From the IMG/VR virus record IMGVR_UViG_3300022867_000010: a DNA stretch of 64,000 bases; one strand, written 5' to 3'. A program made the translations under genes and the position numbers. This document shows, in pieces, positions 19,165-29,397 of this stretch (position 1 is its first letter; every line of letters begins with the position of its first letter). The stretch is from an uncultured virus (IMG/VR IMGVR_UViG_3300022867_000010). Taxonomy: Duplodnaviria; Heunggongvirae; Uroviricota; Caudoviricetes. The notes beneath the pieces are model-generated. The model was not told the origin of the DNA and did not search any database. It saw only the letters and a program-made list of their open reading frames with translations.

Positions 19165-19440
19165 TTATGCAGTTTTCGTATACGAATTCATCATATTAAT
19201 AATAATGGCGTCACATTGTATCGTACTATCGATAATGTCTGCCAATATACAGTCGACTGGGTAGTATGCATTTTCTATCTGTTTAGAAATGGCATAGTCT
19301 ATATATTCATTCAAGTGGGTCACCGGCTTGTCTGATGAAAAATTCCAATGGCCTGCATGATCGCGAAAAAGTGGGTCACCGTCGACCCAGTGATTAGGTT
19401 TGTATCTTGCAGGAAATTTGTCTATTTTTGGGTTTTTCAT
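19165..19440 (-). CDS. Hypothetical protein
   Basis: ORF with ATGA overlap. Confidence 0.5.
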   Translation of the reverse strand: MKNPKIDKFPARYKPNHWVDGDPLFRDHAGHWNFSSDKPVTHLNEYIDYAISKQIENAYYPVDCILADIIDSTIQCDAIIINMMNSYTKTA

Positions 19441-20051
19441 GTCAATTCTTCATTCTCGATATCTGCTTCTGAATCACCATCCCATTCGTCTTCCACCACA
19501 TCTTCAACCTCTTTTTCTTTAAGCATATTTTGTAATCTTTCGATCACTTCTTCGCTAGTCATCCAAAGATCTTTGTTGTCTAACATTGACTGAATCTCTC
19601 TTTCCGTCAAAAAACTTCTATAAATATCATACAAAAAGTTTTCAGACCATCGCCGCTCATATATGATATTATCATACATTTCACCACCTTTACCCGAAGT
19701 GCCGCCACTGTAATTATGAAACATAAACATAGAGTGCTCTGCAACTTCATAAGAGTCAGCACATAACATTATAATGGTAGCGGCCGACATACAAGAACCT
19801 TCAATAGAAACCATAACATATGCCTTGGTCTCTTTAAGTGATCGAGCAAATTGAATAGCAGTATATAAATTGCCTCCATCGGAATTTATATAGATCTTTA
19901 TAACGTCTTGTTCTGATGCTTTTCGTATCACATCAAACCAATTTATATATTGTTCTGGTGCTTCTATGTTACCGGACAAATAAAACTCATATAGATGTCC
20001 TATCGGAGTTTTTACAAAGGTGTCAGTTTCTATTAAATCGCTTATATTCAT
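19437..20051 (-). CDS. ClpP-like serine protease
   Basis: IYINSDGG, CMSAAT, FMFH and DLWMTSEE motifs. Confidence 0.85.
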   Translation of the reverse strand: MNISDLIETDTFVKTPIGHLYEFYLSGNIEAPEQYINWFDVIRKASEQDVIKIYINSDGGNLYTAIQFARSLKETKAYVMVSIEGSCMSAATIIMLCADSYEVAEHSMFMFHNYSGGTSGKGGEMYDNIIYERRWSENFLYDIYRSFLTEREIQSMLDNKDLWMTSEEVIERLQNMLKEKEVEDVVEDEWDGDSEADIENEELT

Positions 20052-20697
20052 TTCGTACCTTAATTAATTTAGGGATCCATTTATAAATCGGCTCTATAAA
20101 AATCTGGGGTTTTTGGTAATCAACCCCGATTGCTATAACAGACTGTTCGGGTACTAATCCAGTTTGTTCATATAAAGCCGCACCGTAAAATGCACATTGC
20201 ATAAAATAACTTTCTATCCATTCTATTTTCTTAGGTTTTGCCGACGTTTTAAAATCAATAATCGATAACTTACCATTCCAGTTTGCTATACAATCAACGC
20301 GTCCTGCTATTTGTAACTTGTCGGAATATAACGCAACTTCCTGAGCATATATATCACCCACAGCAAGATCAAGCACAGGTTTTAGTGATGAAAATAAACT
20401 CGTCACAATTGGCATATAACCAGCAGAATAATGCTCCTTGTTTGCCAAATAGTCTTCTGCTATTTGATGAAGTGCAGTTCCTCTAGTTGCCGCATGTCTT
20501 GATGTTCTATCTGCTTCGTCTTGACCAACGTTTTTCTTCCATTGGTCAATAGCATCTTTGGACAACATAGACAAAATTGTGGTGATAGAAGGATATCTAT
20601 CACCAGCGGGGGTAGTATACAAACGCTCGCCATCCACCATCTCTGCGAGCAGATCTTTATAGATTAATGGCAAGCCGACGTGGTTAAACATTACCAA
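20023..20697 (-). CDS. PD-(D/E)XK exonuclease
   Basis: YPSITT, RGTALH, AGRVD, IIDFKT and Q..FY motifs. Confidence 0.85.
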   Translation of the reverse strand: MVMFNHVGLPLIYKDLLAEMVDGERLYTTPAGDRYPSITTILSMLSKDAIDQWKKNVGQDEADRTSRHAATRGTALHQIAEDYLANKEHYSAGYMPIVTSLFSSLKPVLDLAVGDIYAQEVALYSDKLQIAGRVDCIANWNGKLSIIDFKTSAKPKKIEWIESYFMQCAFYGAALYEQTGLVPEQSVIAIGVDYQKPQIFIEPIYKWIPKLIKVRNEYKRFNRN

Positions 20698-21383
20698 TCA
20701 ACACCTAGTTTCATGTGTTCCTTGGTCATGATGTACTCACGAACTAGATCACTTCTCACAATGTCTTCCCAACCAAATTCCACGCTTTTAAACATCTTCA
20801 TATTCGAAAGTATTTCGAGAAATGTATTAATGTCTTCTTTGTCTTTTCTGGTTGTAAAATCAGATTGATGATAGTCACCACAAGCAATAAACTTGCAGTT
20901 ATTACCTAATCGGGTGATAGTTGTATTCAGTTCTCTACCAGAAAGATTTTGCATTTCGTCAACAACTACAATTGCATTGTCTATAGTGATGCCTCGAAGG
21001 TATGAAGTTGAAACAAATTGTACATCACCTGCCGCTTTTAAACTCTCCCATGCATTGCTCTTATTGAACAGATCGTTGCAGATACAAACATACGGTGCTT
21101 CATAAACTAATTTCTTTTCGTCTTCGTCGCCTGGGAGAAAACCTATATCTCTCGATGGAACAATTGATCTTACAATAATAAGTTGCTTATATTTAGTCTC
21201 CTTGTCTAATACATCAACCAACGCATTAGCTATGGCTATATAAGTTTTTCCTGTACCGGCAGAACCAGAAAGGATTAAATGATAATTATCATTGTATGCC
21301 TTAAAAACCTTTTCTTGATTTTTAGTTATAGGCCCGAAATTTTTAAGGTCTTCTAAACGTAACTTTGTTGCTCTTGGCTTCAT
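20691..21383 (-). CDS. phoH: PhoH-like ATPase
   Basis: GSAGTGKT, IGFLPG, YLRG, DEMQN and IVRS motifs. Confidence 0.92.
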   Translation of the reverse strand: MKPRATKLRLEDLKNFGPITKNQEKVFKAYNDNYHLILSGSAGTGKTYIAIANALVDVLDKETKYKQLIIVRSIVPSRDIGFLPGDEDEKKLVYEAPYVCICNDLFNKSNAWESLKAAGDVQFVSTSYLRGITIDNAIVVVDEMQNLSGRELNTTITRLGNNCKFIACGDYHQSDFTTRKDKEDINTFLEILSNMKMFKSVEFGWEDIVRSDLVREYIMTKEHMKLGVDW

Positions 21384-21385
21384 AT

Positions 21386-21616
21386 TTAATAGTCTGGTAT
21401 GTTGTTAACTTTACACGTTTCCTTGACTTTAGATATCATTTCTCGGAATCCGTCATCTACTTTTATATTGGTGCCAACACCACTAACGATTTTGGGTGAA
21501 CCGACGATCTGCTTTATATGTGGGTTGTCTGTTAAGAAGACTCCCATAGAGGCATAACTCATTAGTTGCTCAAATCGTTCTTCAGTTTTAGTGTTTTCAA
21601 AATCGTATAATGGCAT
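21386..21616 (-). CDS. Conserved T4-like small protein
   Basis: MPLYDF...; located upstream of phoH. Confidence 0.55.
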   Translation of the reverse strand: MPLYDFENTKTEERFEQLMSYASMGVFLTDNPHIKQIVGSPKIVSGVGTNIKVDDGFREMISKVKETCKVNNIPDY

Positions 21617-21805
21617 TTGCTTCTCTTGGTTAGTATTTCGATTCTTGTATGTCAACGATCTTCGAGTTAAGAAACTCTAACTTCGTCTGTATTTTGTGCG
21701 CCTGTTTGTGGTTGCCCTCCTTTTCTAATCGATAAAGATAATGCTTCAATTCCTTTGAATCCTTTTTAAGACGTTCTATTTGTGGAGACATACTTACCTC
21801 TTTTA

Positions 21806-21845
21806 TAAAAAAAGGCTGGTGTCGACTTTACTTCAACACCAGCCG
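21806..21845 (-). terminator. Intrinsic terminator
   Basis: GGCTGGTG/CACCAGCC stem with a T-run on the minus strand. Confidence 0.65.
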
Positions 21846-21877
21846 CTAGTGTACGTGATCAACAATCACAAAACTAT

Positions 21878-22324
21878 TTATAAAAGGTCTTTGCTCGCAA
21901 TAAGATGCGGAAACTCTGCAGTGATAACCTTTACGGTCAGCCCTTTAACCACACCAGCCATCTTTTTGTCTTTCATCAATACTAAATATTCGGCATCAAG
22001 TGGGTGTATTTTTTCCAACATACTGATAAATGCCGCCTCTTTCATAATGGGAGTCATTGAAGTTCTTTCTCCTACAACAAAATTGGCAAGTTGTGAAGAT
22101 AATTTATCTAGGTTGATAGGCACCATCTTTTCTTCATTTTCAAGATAAAACGGAGTATAAGGAACTTCGCCCTTAGGTATAGACCACTGAATGGTGTCAT
22201 CAAATGACCCTTTGAGAAAATCTCGCAGACCTAATGAGTTATGTAGTCTTAGTAGTTTAGATTTGTTAGCTGCACCTGTTGTTTCATGTACTTCTGCAAG
22301 CACTTCATGTAAATATTTCTTCAT
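21878..22324 (-). CDS. Conserved T4-like hypothetical protein
   Basis: IPKGEVPY...FISMLEKIHP..AE; downstream of rnh. Confidence 0.65.
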   Translation of the reverse strand: MKKYLHEVLAEVHETTGAANKSKLLRLHNSLGLRDFLKGSFDDTIQWSIPKGEVPYTPFYLENEEKMVPINLDKLSSQLANFVVGERTSMTPIMKEAAFISMLEKIHPLDAEYLVLMKDKKMAGVVKGLTVKVITAEFPHLIASKDLL

Positions 22325-23193
22325 AAAAATTCTCCCACACACTCAATTAAGAGGCGCATTCTGTTAGTTATTAAATAATTGAGCACTTTGTTGTTGCCCT
22401 TCGCAATCTTCGCCATCTCGTCATCGTGAGTTTTATATATATTTTCCATAATGTCTTCTGGTGTATAAGATAAGTCTACAAGAGTTCGGTTTCTGATATA
22501 GTTGCGCCATTGGTCTTTGGTTAAATGCTTCTCTAATTCATCCTCGGTCATATTGGTAAGAGGTTCAATAAAAGATTTAAGAATTGGTTTCTGTCTACCA
22601 CCTTCAACAAAGATCTTATCGTGACTGTGCATACTAGGAACACCATCCCCTTTGTCTCCACGTATAATATGTTCCCGCAGATATTTTACAGGGTCTGCAT
22701 CCTTAACCTGCTTCTTTTGTACAGGGGCAAATTGTTTAACATTTGAATGGCGGTGCAACTGAATAAAGTCGTGATCACCAGAAACAATCATTACCTTTTC
22801 GCCTTGGCCAAATTCCTGAGTACGTTCGACAAGACCGCCAATTATATCGTCTGCCTCAGCACCTTCCACATAAACAACACTATATGGAAAATTGTTCTGT
22901 AGATCTTCGCGAACACCATTAATGATTTCGAATAGTTGTTCCCAATCAATTCCTTTTGCTACTGCCTTATCTCTGTCTTCTTTTCGTTTAAATTTGTATT
23001 CAGGAAAATAAGATCTGCGCCACGAGGTTGCGTCACAGCAGATTACCATGGTACCATATTCTTTGCGAAATTTAAGATTATACATTCTAATCGAATTTAA
23101 AATCTGGTGCTTGATGATATCGGCGCGGGTGTGATCGAGATTGTTTACCATAATATTTGCAATGGCGATTGCATTATAATCTATAAGTATCAC
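22321..23193 (-). CDS. rnh: T4 RNase H / 5'-3' exonuclease
   Basis: MILID, EADDII, SGDHDFIQL and GDKGDGVP motifs. Confidence 0.92.
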   Translation of the reverse strand: MILIDYNAIAIANIMVNNLDHTRADIIKHQILNSIRMYNLKFRKEYGTMVICCDATSWRRSYFPEYKFKRKEDRDKAVAKGIDWEQLFEIINGVREDLQNNFPYSVVYVEGAEADDIIGGLVERTQEFGQGEKVMIVSGDHDFIQLHRHSNVKQFAPVQKKQVKDADPVKYLREHIIRGDKGDGVPSMHSHDKIFVEGGRQKPILKSFIEPLTNMTEDELEKHLTKDQWRNYIRNRTLVDLSYTPEDIMENIYKTHDDEMAKIAKGNNKVLNYLITNRMRLLIECVGEFL

Positions 23194-23253
23194 TTGTTTT
23201 CCTATTTGTTAATCATTTCATGTATTATATCATGGCTAGATGCTGTTGTCAAC

Positions 23254-23670
23254 CTATTTAAAAAGAGTTTTAACATGTTTTCGGTGAATTCGGCACCCAA
23301 TGAAGGCATTATAATAATCTTCTGGCCTAAGCAACACCTCAAGATCAAATTGCAGCTTTGCCTCCATATAGTTCATTTCGCCTTTAGTCATGCAGAGCTC
23401 GAGTATCTCTCGTTGGAATCTGTCTTGTCCAAATTCCTCAACAAGAGACTTTACTAACTCACTGCTTCCATAATACTTTTGCCAGTCAGTTTCGACAATC
23501 TTTTTTCGTTTGCGGGTTTTGCCTTTGAGGGGTGGCAATTTACGGATAGACATAAGAGTCTTCTTGCCGACATATTTCATACCATTTGTGGTATCTGTTA
23601 TGCAGTATATAAAACCTTTCCATTCACCAATATCAGCAGAGGTAAACTCTTTACCTTTATAAATCCACAT
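23254..23670 (-). CDS. GIY-YIG domain nuclease
   Basis: GFIYCIT...KYVGKK...YYGSS...FQREIL...YYN. Confidence 0.75.
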   Translation of the reverse strand: MWIYKGKEFTSADIGEWKGFIYCITDTTNGMKYVGKKTLMSIRKLPPLKGKTRKRKKIVETDWQKYYGSSELVKSLVEEFGQDRFQREILELCMTKGEMNYMEAKLQFDLEVLLRPEDYYNAFIGCRIHRKHVKTLFK

Positions 23671-23900
23671 TTTGAGGAATCCCTTTTTTGTGGTTATCCA
23701 GAATGCTGCAAGTCTGCATCTCACATTCCATGCCATCAATATGGGTACATCCATTTTCAAGATAGTAATCACAGGCCCATACTGGGTCGTTCGGGTGCAA
23801 AATTCTGCCTATGAACCCTTCATAATCAAACATAAAAATATTTCCTAATCAAACAATTATTTATATGTGTGGCCAAGGAAGACCACACATATAAATTATA

Positions 23901-24926
23901 TCAGCCCTCGCATGCTTCACAAGAGCCACTTGATGCTTTTACCCCCGATTCAGATCGTATATAATACAAAGATTTTATGAAAGGATCTTTGAATGCCATT
24001 TCATGTATTTTTGAAATTACTTCTTCTTTCTCGTCAGCACTAAAAAATAAGTTAATAGATTGTGCCTGATCGATATGTCTTTGACGCGCCGATGCCAATC
24101 GAATAATCGATTCTTGGTTGATTTCAAACGCCGTCTTGAAAACTTCTTTCTGGTGATCATCAAGCCATTCAACATCCTGAACTGAACCGTTATCATCTAT
24201 AATAGCATTTATAGTCTTCGGATTAAAAACACCTTTCTCTTTCATAACTGCTATGAGTACCGGATTGATTCTGTCAACTTCGCCAGCACTAGTTCTTTGC
24301 ACGTATGCATTTTTGTATATAGGTTCAATTCCTTGAGATACAGAGCCACATAAAATTGCCGAGGACAAATTAGGGGCAATTGCCATGCGGTGAGTGTTAC
24401 GCAAACCGTAACCAACGCACCATTCCGGTTCACCTAGGGTTTCTGCTAACCAACGGCTAGCACGCTCTGAAGCTGTTGCCAGTTGTTTAAAAATTGAGTT
24501 GTTGATCATATGCGCTTCCATACTTTCAAAAGCAATGTTTTTCTGTTGTAAATAAGTATGAAAACCTAATGTACCTAAACCTAACGCTCTACTCTTTTCT
24601 GTGAAGCGAACTGCCTTTTCTAATCCACGAATCTTTTTGCCTTCTTGGATAAATTCTTCGGCCACGCAGTCAAGAAAAACGGTTGCGTCAAATATAACTT
24701 CGTCTGGGTCTTTCATATTATCATATTGAGATAGGTTGATTGACGAAAGAACACAAGTAAAAGTAACATCATCAAAGCCTTCTCCTGTATCACTAGAAGT
24801 TGCATTCAATGTAATTTCAGTACAATTGTGTACTAATATATCATTTGCAAAGAAGTTATGATTATTCTCTACTGTAAGATCAAACACCGCTTCTTTATTA
24901 TCTAAATATTCTATTGTTAAACTCAT
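23901..24926 (-). CDS. nrdA: Split-intein C-fragment (34 aa) fused to the C-terminal half of class I ribonucleotide reductase alpha
   Basis: VFDLTVENNHNFFANDILVHN|CTEI; LGLG, AIAP, SQGIEP, SLYY and terminal CEACEG. Confidence 0.92.
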   Translation of the reverse strand: MSLTIEYLDNKEAVFDLTVENNHNFFANDILVHNCTEITLNATSSDTGEGFDDVTFTCVLSSINLSQYDNMKDPDEVIFDATVFLDCVAEEFIQEGKKIRGLEKAVRFTEKSRALGLGTLGFHTYLQQKNIAFESMEAHMINNSIFKQLATASERASRWLAETLGEPEWCVGYGLRNTHRMAIAPNLSSAILCGSVSQGIEPIYKNAYVQRTSAGEVDRINPVLIAVMKEKGVFNPKTINAIIDDNGSVQDVEWLDDHQKEVFKTAFEINQESIIRLASARQRHIDQAQSINLFFSADEKEEVISKIHEMAFKDPFIKSLYYIRSESGVKASSGSCEACEG

Positions 24927-25681
24927 ATTTTCTTATTCCTATGATTATTGCCGTCAAGCAAGGTTAAATCTGTTATTTTAAATGTTTCTATTAGCAACGT
25001 TTGTATATTTTCGTTCCATACCGGTTCTCTATATTTTCCTTTCAAACTCTTAGGTAGCGGTTGACCATAGACTTCGACAAAGTATCTTTTAGTCATGGCC
25101 ATACTCCATCTTCCATATTTTTTAAATATTATTTTACAGGCCTCGAGTATATCTTCATTTGATATACCAGTAAATCTTGGGTTTTTTTCACCAGTGACAG
25201 AAGCACCAGTTTTTAATTTCCATTCATCCGATCTTTTCATTCCTACATGAAAAAACACCCATTTACCAGATAGTACATGTGGATGATCTTTTTTAACTCG
25301 ACCAATTCGAACTCCAGTAATAGAATCTTTTACAATTAAAGTTCCGGTGTGTCGTTTCGAAACTTCTGCTGCAATGATCTTGCGAGCTGCAGAATACGCT
25401 CTAGATGATAATCTTTTTCCCTTTGACACAACTCTACCCATATTGATCAAAGCCTGGTTTGCTTTATATCTGCCCTGCCCTGTTGCTAATTTAGCGAGCA
25501 ATACATGAGCAATCCAATGTTCTTTTTGTGTCAGAAGTATCATATTAAAACTTTCATCTGTACCGCCAAATGATCTTGGTAGTATGTGATGATTTTCGTA
25601 TTTAAAATCGCGATCTTTTTTAGATCGACCTAGGTTTCGTCTGCTTTCTATTAAATTATTGTACAAGTTCAGATAGTTCAT
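24923..25681 (-). mobile_element. Free-standing HNH homing endonuclease splitting nrdA
   Basis: YENHHILPRSFGGTD..N...LT..EH..AH..L; basic C-terminal segment. Confidence 0.85.
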
Positions 25682-25685
25682 TTTT

Positions 25686-25720
25686 AATCCTGTTTAGTAC
25701 TATTTATACTAAACAGGATT
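25686..25720 (-). promoter_or_regulatory. Late promoter inside a 14-bp hairpin covering the HNH ribosome-binding site
   Basis: AATCCTGTTTAGTA/TACTAAACAGGATT flanking TATAAATA 25708-25701. Confidence 0.75.
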
Positions 25721-25750
25721 TCCAAACATAAAGATGTTAATGAATAGAGA

Positions 25751-26905
25751 TTACCCTATTACAAGTTCGTCATCTTCAAGCAATTCTTTCGCCATAACAT
25801 ATCCACGATTTTTTGTAAATATTTTATGATCTGGAGTACATTTAATAGATTTTCCAGTTTCATCATCCGTGATTTTCATAATAGTAGCGTTAGGGTTTGT
25901 TTCCGCACCATCAGTAATTGTTTCCCAATTGCCCAATTTATTCTCAACATCATACGACCAGATTTTCCAATCATCGAGATTATTGTTATAATGATTTTCA
26001 ATGAAATGTTGCAAGGTACAAGATTTAACACCAGAAACATCTCCTTTAACTGTTATAATAGTATCTCCAGTCATACATAAATTTGATGCATATACTTGCA
26101 GACCGCGATCCTTGTACATTGCTGGGCTTTGTCTGTTTACTTTATCAACAAAGAAGAAATATCCCTTACCTGTCAACATTTTAATCTTCAATGCTTTCTG
26201 ATATCGGGCAACTGCATCTTCCTCACCTTTGTCTAAACGTTCGATAAAATCGTCACTTATATTCCAACCAACATTCACATCGTCAGGCATTGTTTCTACG
26301 TGCTGACACATCTCCCAAAAATCACCGCTTTCGATAGGAATATATCCTGCCCATGAACCCCGTCTAGTACTTCCTTGAGAAACGTCTCGAGACATCTGCA
26401 CAAAGTCCTTGAATACAGGTACAACACCACTTGCGGCGCCACCACCTTTGATATGCGTACCTCGTTCACGAATAGCGCCAAGATACGAACTTGTACCAAA
26501 ACCGTTCTTTGAAAGGAGAGCACCTTCTTTCTGGGCTTCATAGAAATTATACACCGAATCACCAACGTAACTTCCAGAACACGATACAGGCATACCACGA
26601 GTCGTTCCCATATTTGCCATTACTGGTGTACTTGGAGCAAGAAAACCATTCCACATCAAATCGAAGAATTTAGTATTCCATTCTTCGCTCGATTCGCCCA
26701 TGTGCTTCGAGGCGGTTTTTGCGATACGTTCAAACGTCGACCGAACATCCGGTTCAGATTCCGTTTGATATTTTTCCTTAAACATTTGCCACCCAGGAGT
26801 GGTGTAGTAATCGGGAATTCTGCCAGACGCCTGTAACTTCTTACGTTCCCTGCCCAGCTCTTTATAAATTGATACGTGTTCTTCTACCATTATACTTGTC
26901 CCCAT
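25751..26905 (-). CDS. nrdA: Ribonucleotide reductase alpha N-terminal half fused to split-intein N-fragment (108 aa)
   Basis: PSTPV, PVSC, SQGSTRRG, ASNL|CMTGD; block B CTPDHKIF. Confidence 0.92.
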   Translation of the reverse strand: MGTSIMVEEHVSIYKELGRERKKLQASGRIPDYYTTPGWQMFKEKYQTESEPDVRSTFERIAKTASKHMGESSEEWNTKFFDLMWNGFLAPSTPVMANMGTTRGMPVSCSGSYVGDSVYNFYEAQKEGALLSKNGFGTSSYLGAIRERGTHIKGGGAASGVVPVFKDFVQMSRDVSQGSTRRGSWAGYIPIESGDFWEMCQHVETMPDDVNVGWNISDDFIERLDKGEEDAVARYQKALKIKMLTGKGYFFFVDKVNRQSPAMYKDRGLQVYASNLCMTGDTIITVKGDVSGVKSCTLQHFIENHYNNNLDDWKIWSYDVENKLGNWETITDGAETNPNATIMKITDDETGKSIKCTPDHKIFTKNRGYVMAKELLEDDELVIG

Positions 26906-27891
26906 ATGAAGTTAGTTTCTTTCCAGTCTCTGTTATATTCTGATCCAGTTGATATAAAGAAGTCATGAAGCTTTGATGAATTGATATTACGATAAAACCA
27001 TTTCTCTATAGGATTGTATGTAGGTTTATATAGCTTTTGATAACCAAGTTGTTCAAGACACAAATCAATTCTTGACTGTACGAACATGTCTAGCTGATGT
27101 TCTGTAATGCCACGAATGTTTCCTTTCTCAAAAATCATCTTGATAATTTCTTTTTCATGCTCGTAAGTTTTTGTAGCTACCTTAATAATATCCTTCTCTA
27201 AAGTTTCAAGTTCTTTCTTGGTTAAATTGGCTTCTCTCATTAAGGTCTTGAACAACCAAGCATCTGCCATTGCGTGTAGATTTTCATCCTTAACTGAGAA
27301 GTTAATACCAGCAATTAGGTTTGTCAGTTTGTTTTTGCCTTCGGCTTGAAAGTGTTTTAGAAAGGCGAAGTTTGCATATAACACAGCACCTTCAACAAAG
27401 GAAAACGCGCCAAGACTTCTTAACAAATCCATGTTGTTGTCACTTGGTGAAGACAACACATCTCCAATCCACGATATACGATCACTCAATACTTTGTTTT
27501 CTTTGTAAGAGTTGTAAAATTCGTTGGTTGCAAGACCAAGAATTTCGTTTATCTTTGAATAGAAAGGTGCATGAACATTTATTTCCACATAGGCGAACAT
27601 ATTTGCCATTCGCTGAATGTCTGGCCGAGGAAATGATTTTGCAACACGAGCTGACCAATATTCATTGCCAACATTTAGTTCATATTCTGTGAACAGTTGT
27701 AGTACAGTTGTAACGCCGTGTAGTTCTGCTTCGTCGAGGTTGTTCTTGAGATCATGAAGATCTTTCTCCATCGATATCTCGCGTTCTGTCCATAATATAT
27801 CTTGTTGTTCTTCCGAAAATGCTATTGCTTCAGGATAGTCAAACGTATATTCGGATTTTTTGGTTCTTATTCTTGGTAATTCCTCGCTCAT
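26890..27891 (-). CDS. nrdB: Ribonucleotide reductase beta subunit
   Basis: W...E, EINVHAPFY, EGAVLY, DENLH, DFF....EY motifs. Confidence 0.92.
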   Translation of the reverse strand: MSEELPRIRTKKSEYTFDYPEAIAFSEEQQDILWTEREISMEKDLHDLKNNLDEAELHGVTTVLQLFTEYELNVGNEYWSARVAKSFPRPDIQRMANMFAYVEINVHAPFYSKINEILGLATNEFYNSYKENKVLSDRISWIGDVLSSPSDNNMDLLRSLGAFSFVEGAVLYANFAFLKHFQAEGKNKLTNLIAGINFSVKDENLHAMADAWLFKTLMREANLTKKELETLEKDIIKVATKTYEHEKEIIKMIFEKGNIRGITEHQLDMFVQSRIDLCLEQLGYQKLYKPTYNPIEKWFYRNINSSKLHDFFISTGSEYNRDWKETNFIWGQV

Positions 27892-27932
27892 TCGTTGTAT
27901 TCCTATAGTTCAATGTTTAATTTCGTAAGACT

Positions 27933-27961
27933 ATTATACATCATTCAGGTGCACTTGTCAA
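27933..27961 (-). promoter_or_regulatory. sigma70 promoter for nrdB
   Basis: TTGACA-17-TATAAT. Confidence 0.8.
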
Positions 27962-27984
27962 CCCAAAGCTAGAATTATTTGGTA

Positions 27985-28042
27985 TTGACAAATAGTTGGT
28001 TATGTGTTATAATAACTAAGTTGTGCCGGGGCAGGTTGGTAT
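27985..28042 (+). promoter_or_regulatory. Antisense sigma70 promoter with conserved G-rich leader, copy 2
   Basis: TTGACA 27985, TATAAT 28008; repeat of 4845-4884. Confidence 0.75.
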
Positions 28043-28082
28043 ACACAATATACTAATTTATGCTGGCAGAGTTATTTATAAG

Positions 28083-28123
28083 ACTGGATTACCGAGATAG
28101 GGGGGAATCAACGGTAATCCAGT
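28083..28123. terminator. Hairpin, probable terminator
   Basis: ACTGGATTACCG...CGGTAATCCAGT. Confidence 0.55.
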
Positions 28124-28129
28124 ATTTAT

Positions 28130-28666
28130 TTAACGATTCTTTGCTTCTGGCATAGCCATGGCTCTTTCACCAAACCACCACATAGTAGCTGTTGATGCGG
28201 CAAACACAGTTGAATATAAAACGTATCTTACCAATTCCACAACTTCTGTTGCATTAAAAATAACTTGTTTGTCCATTGCAATGGATGCATAATCTGTTAA
28301 TGTTCCATCTAATATCATTTTCAGTTGCACGATAACAAGTCCCCATAAAGTTAAAGTCAATATAGGACGGAATAATGTCTTCGCGGCAACAACCCATTTG
28401 TAATTTGGTTGACCGTTAAGTGCCACCTCACTCTGGTGGGTAACATTCATTGCTTCCCATGATGCTAAATTTGAGTCGCTGTTCATCTTAAGTACAAGAA
28501 GATCTTTCTGAAATTCTCGTTCAGCGGCTTGTTCTATTGCCTTTGCGGCCCGTTCTTTGTTTTTTACAAAAGCGCCTAATGCAGAACCAAGTATTCCCAC
28601 AATACCGCCAGAACCTACCGACAGTGCTCCTCCTATTAATGTCATCCAATCCATTACACAGACCAC
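28130..28666 (-). CDS. Membrane protein, holin-like
   Basis: Several TM segments; FRPILT and WWFGER motifs. Confidence 0.55.
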   Translation of the reverse strand: MVCVMDWMTLIGGALSVGSGGIVGILGSALGAFVKNKERAAKAIEQAAEREFQKDLLVLKMNSDSNLASWEAMNVTHQSEVALNGQPNYKWVVAAKTLFRPILTLTLWGLVIVQLKMILDGTLTDYASIAMDKQVIFNATEVVELVRYVLYSTVFAASTATMWWFGERAMAMPEAKNR

Positions 28667-28805
28667 CTTTTTATAAATTCTTTAAAAGACTTCATGCGCT
28701 TTCGACGCATTATGTTCTTAGGGTTGTCAGAATACAGTCTCTGCTTCTTGGTAGGAGGCATTGATACATTGCCATCCCCTGCGTTATTAGTCGGAGCGTC
28801 TTCGG

Positions 28806-29390
28806 TTAACATTTCTTTATATCCTTTCGTGTTATATAGAGCGCTTGTTTTGACATAAGATGCTTAATTTTATACACATCCATACCAAATATATTACCTA
28901 CAGAATTACAATTAGATTCTATGATAATTTTATTTCCTGTATGGCCTGTAACTATGCCTGTAATTGGAGATACAATGTCTCTATTGAGTTGATAGGTGCC
29001 TTCCATTAGACAACCGTCCTTTAAAACAAACCATTCAAGATCTTCATTTATAGAAGAACCCTCGAATTGTAATTTTTCAACAATTTGATCGTGTTCGAAG
29101 TCGACTTCATGCTCTTTTAGCAAATATAGTGCTGCAGCATAAGAAACTAATGCTGAACGGCCGAATGGTACTTTATTCATTATACGCTTAACATTAAACA
29201 CAAGACGATTAAACACTGAATACGCTGCCTTTTCTTCTGTTGTATTCAGATCAGCAACTTTCTTTAGTGCTTTGCCTTCAGTGTCCACTATGCCCAACTT
29301 GAATGCATCAGTTGTGTTCCATTTTTGCGTTAGAAGACGCAAAAACTTAAAGGTATAGTATGTATTAATTGCTCCTGATATTAAACCCAT
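28806..29390 (-). CDS. Conserved T4-like hypothetical protein
   Basis: YTFKFLRLLT..W...DAFKLGIVD..GK. Confidence 0.65.
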   Translation of the reverse strand: MGLISGAINTYYTFKFLRLLTQKWNTTDAFKLGIVDTEGKALKKVADLNTTEEKAAYSVFNRLVFNVKRIMNKVPFGRSALVSYAAALYLLKEHEVDFEHDQIVEKLQFEGSSINEDLEWFVLKDGCLMEGTYQLNRDIVSPITGIVTGHTGNKIIIESNCNSVGNIFGMDVYKIKHLMSKQALYITRKDIKKC

Positions 29391-29397
29391 GGTGCCT

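Noticed and set aside
20023..20697. Cas4
   Set aside because: No four-Cys Fe-S motif; a standard phage PD-(D/E)XK exonuclease beside phoH.
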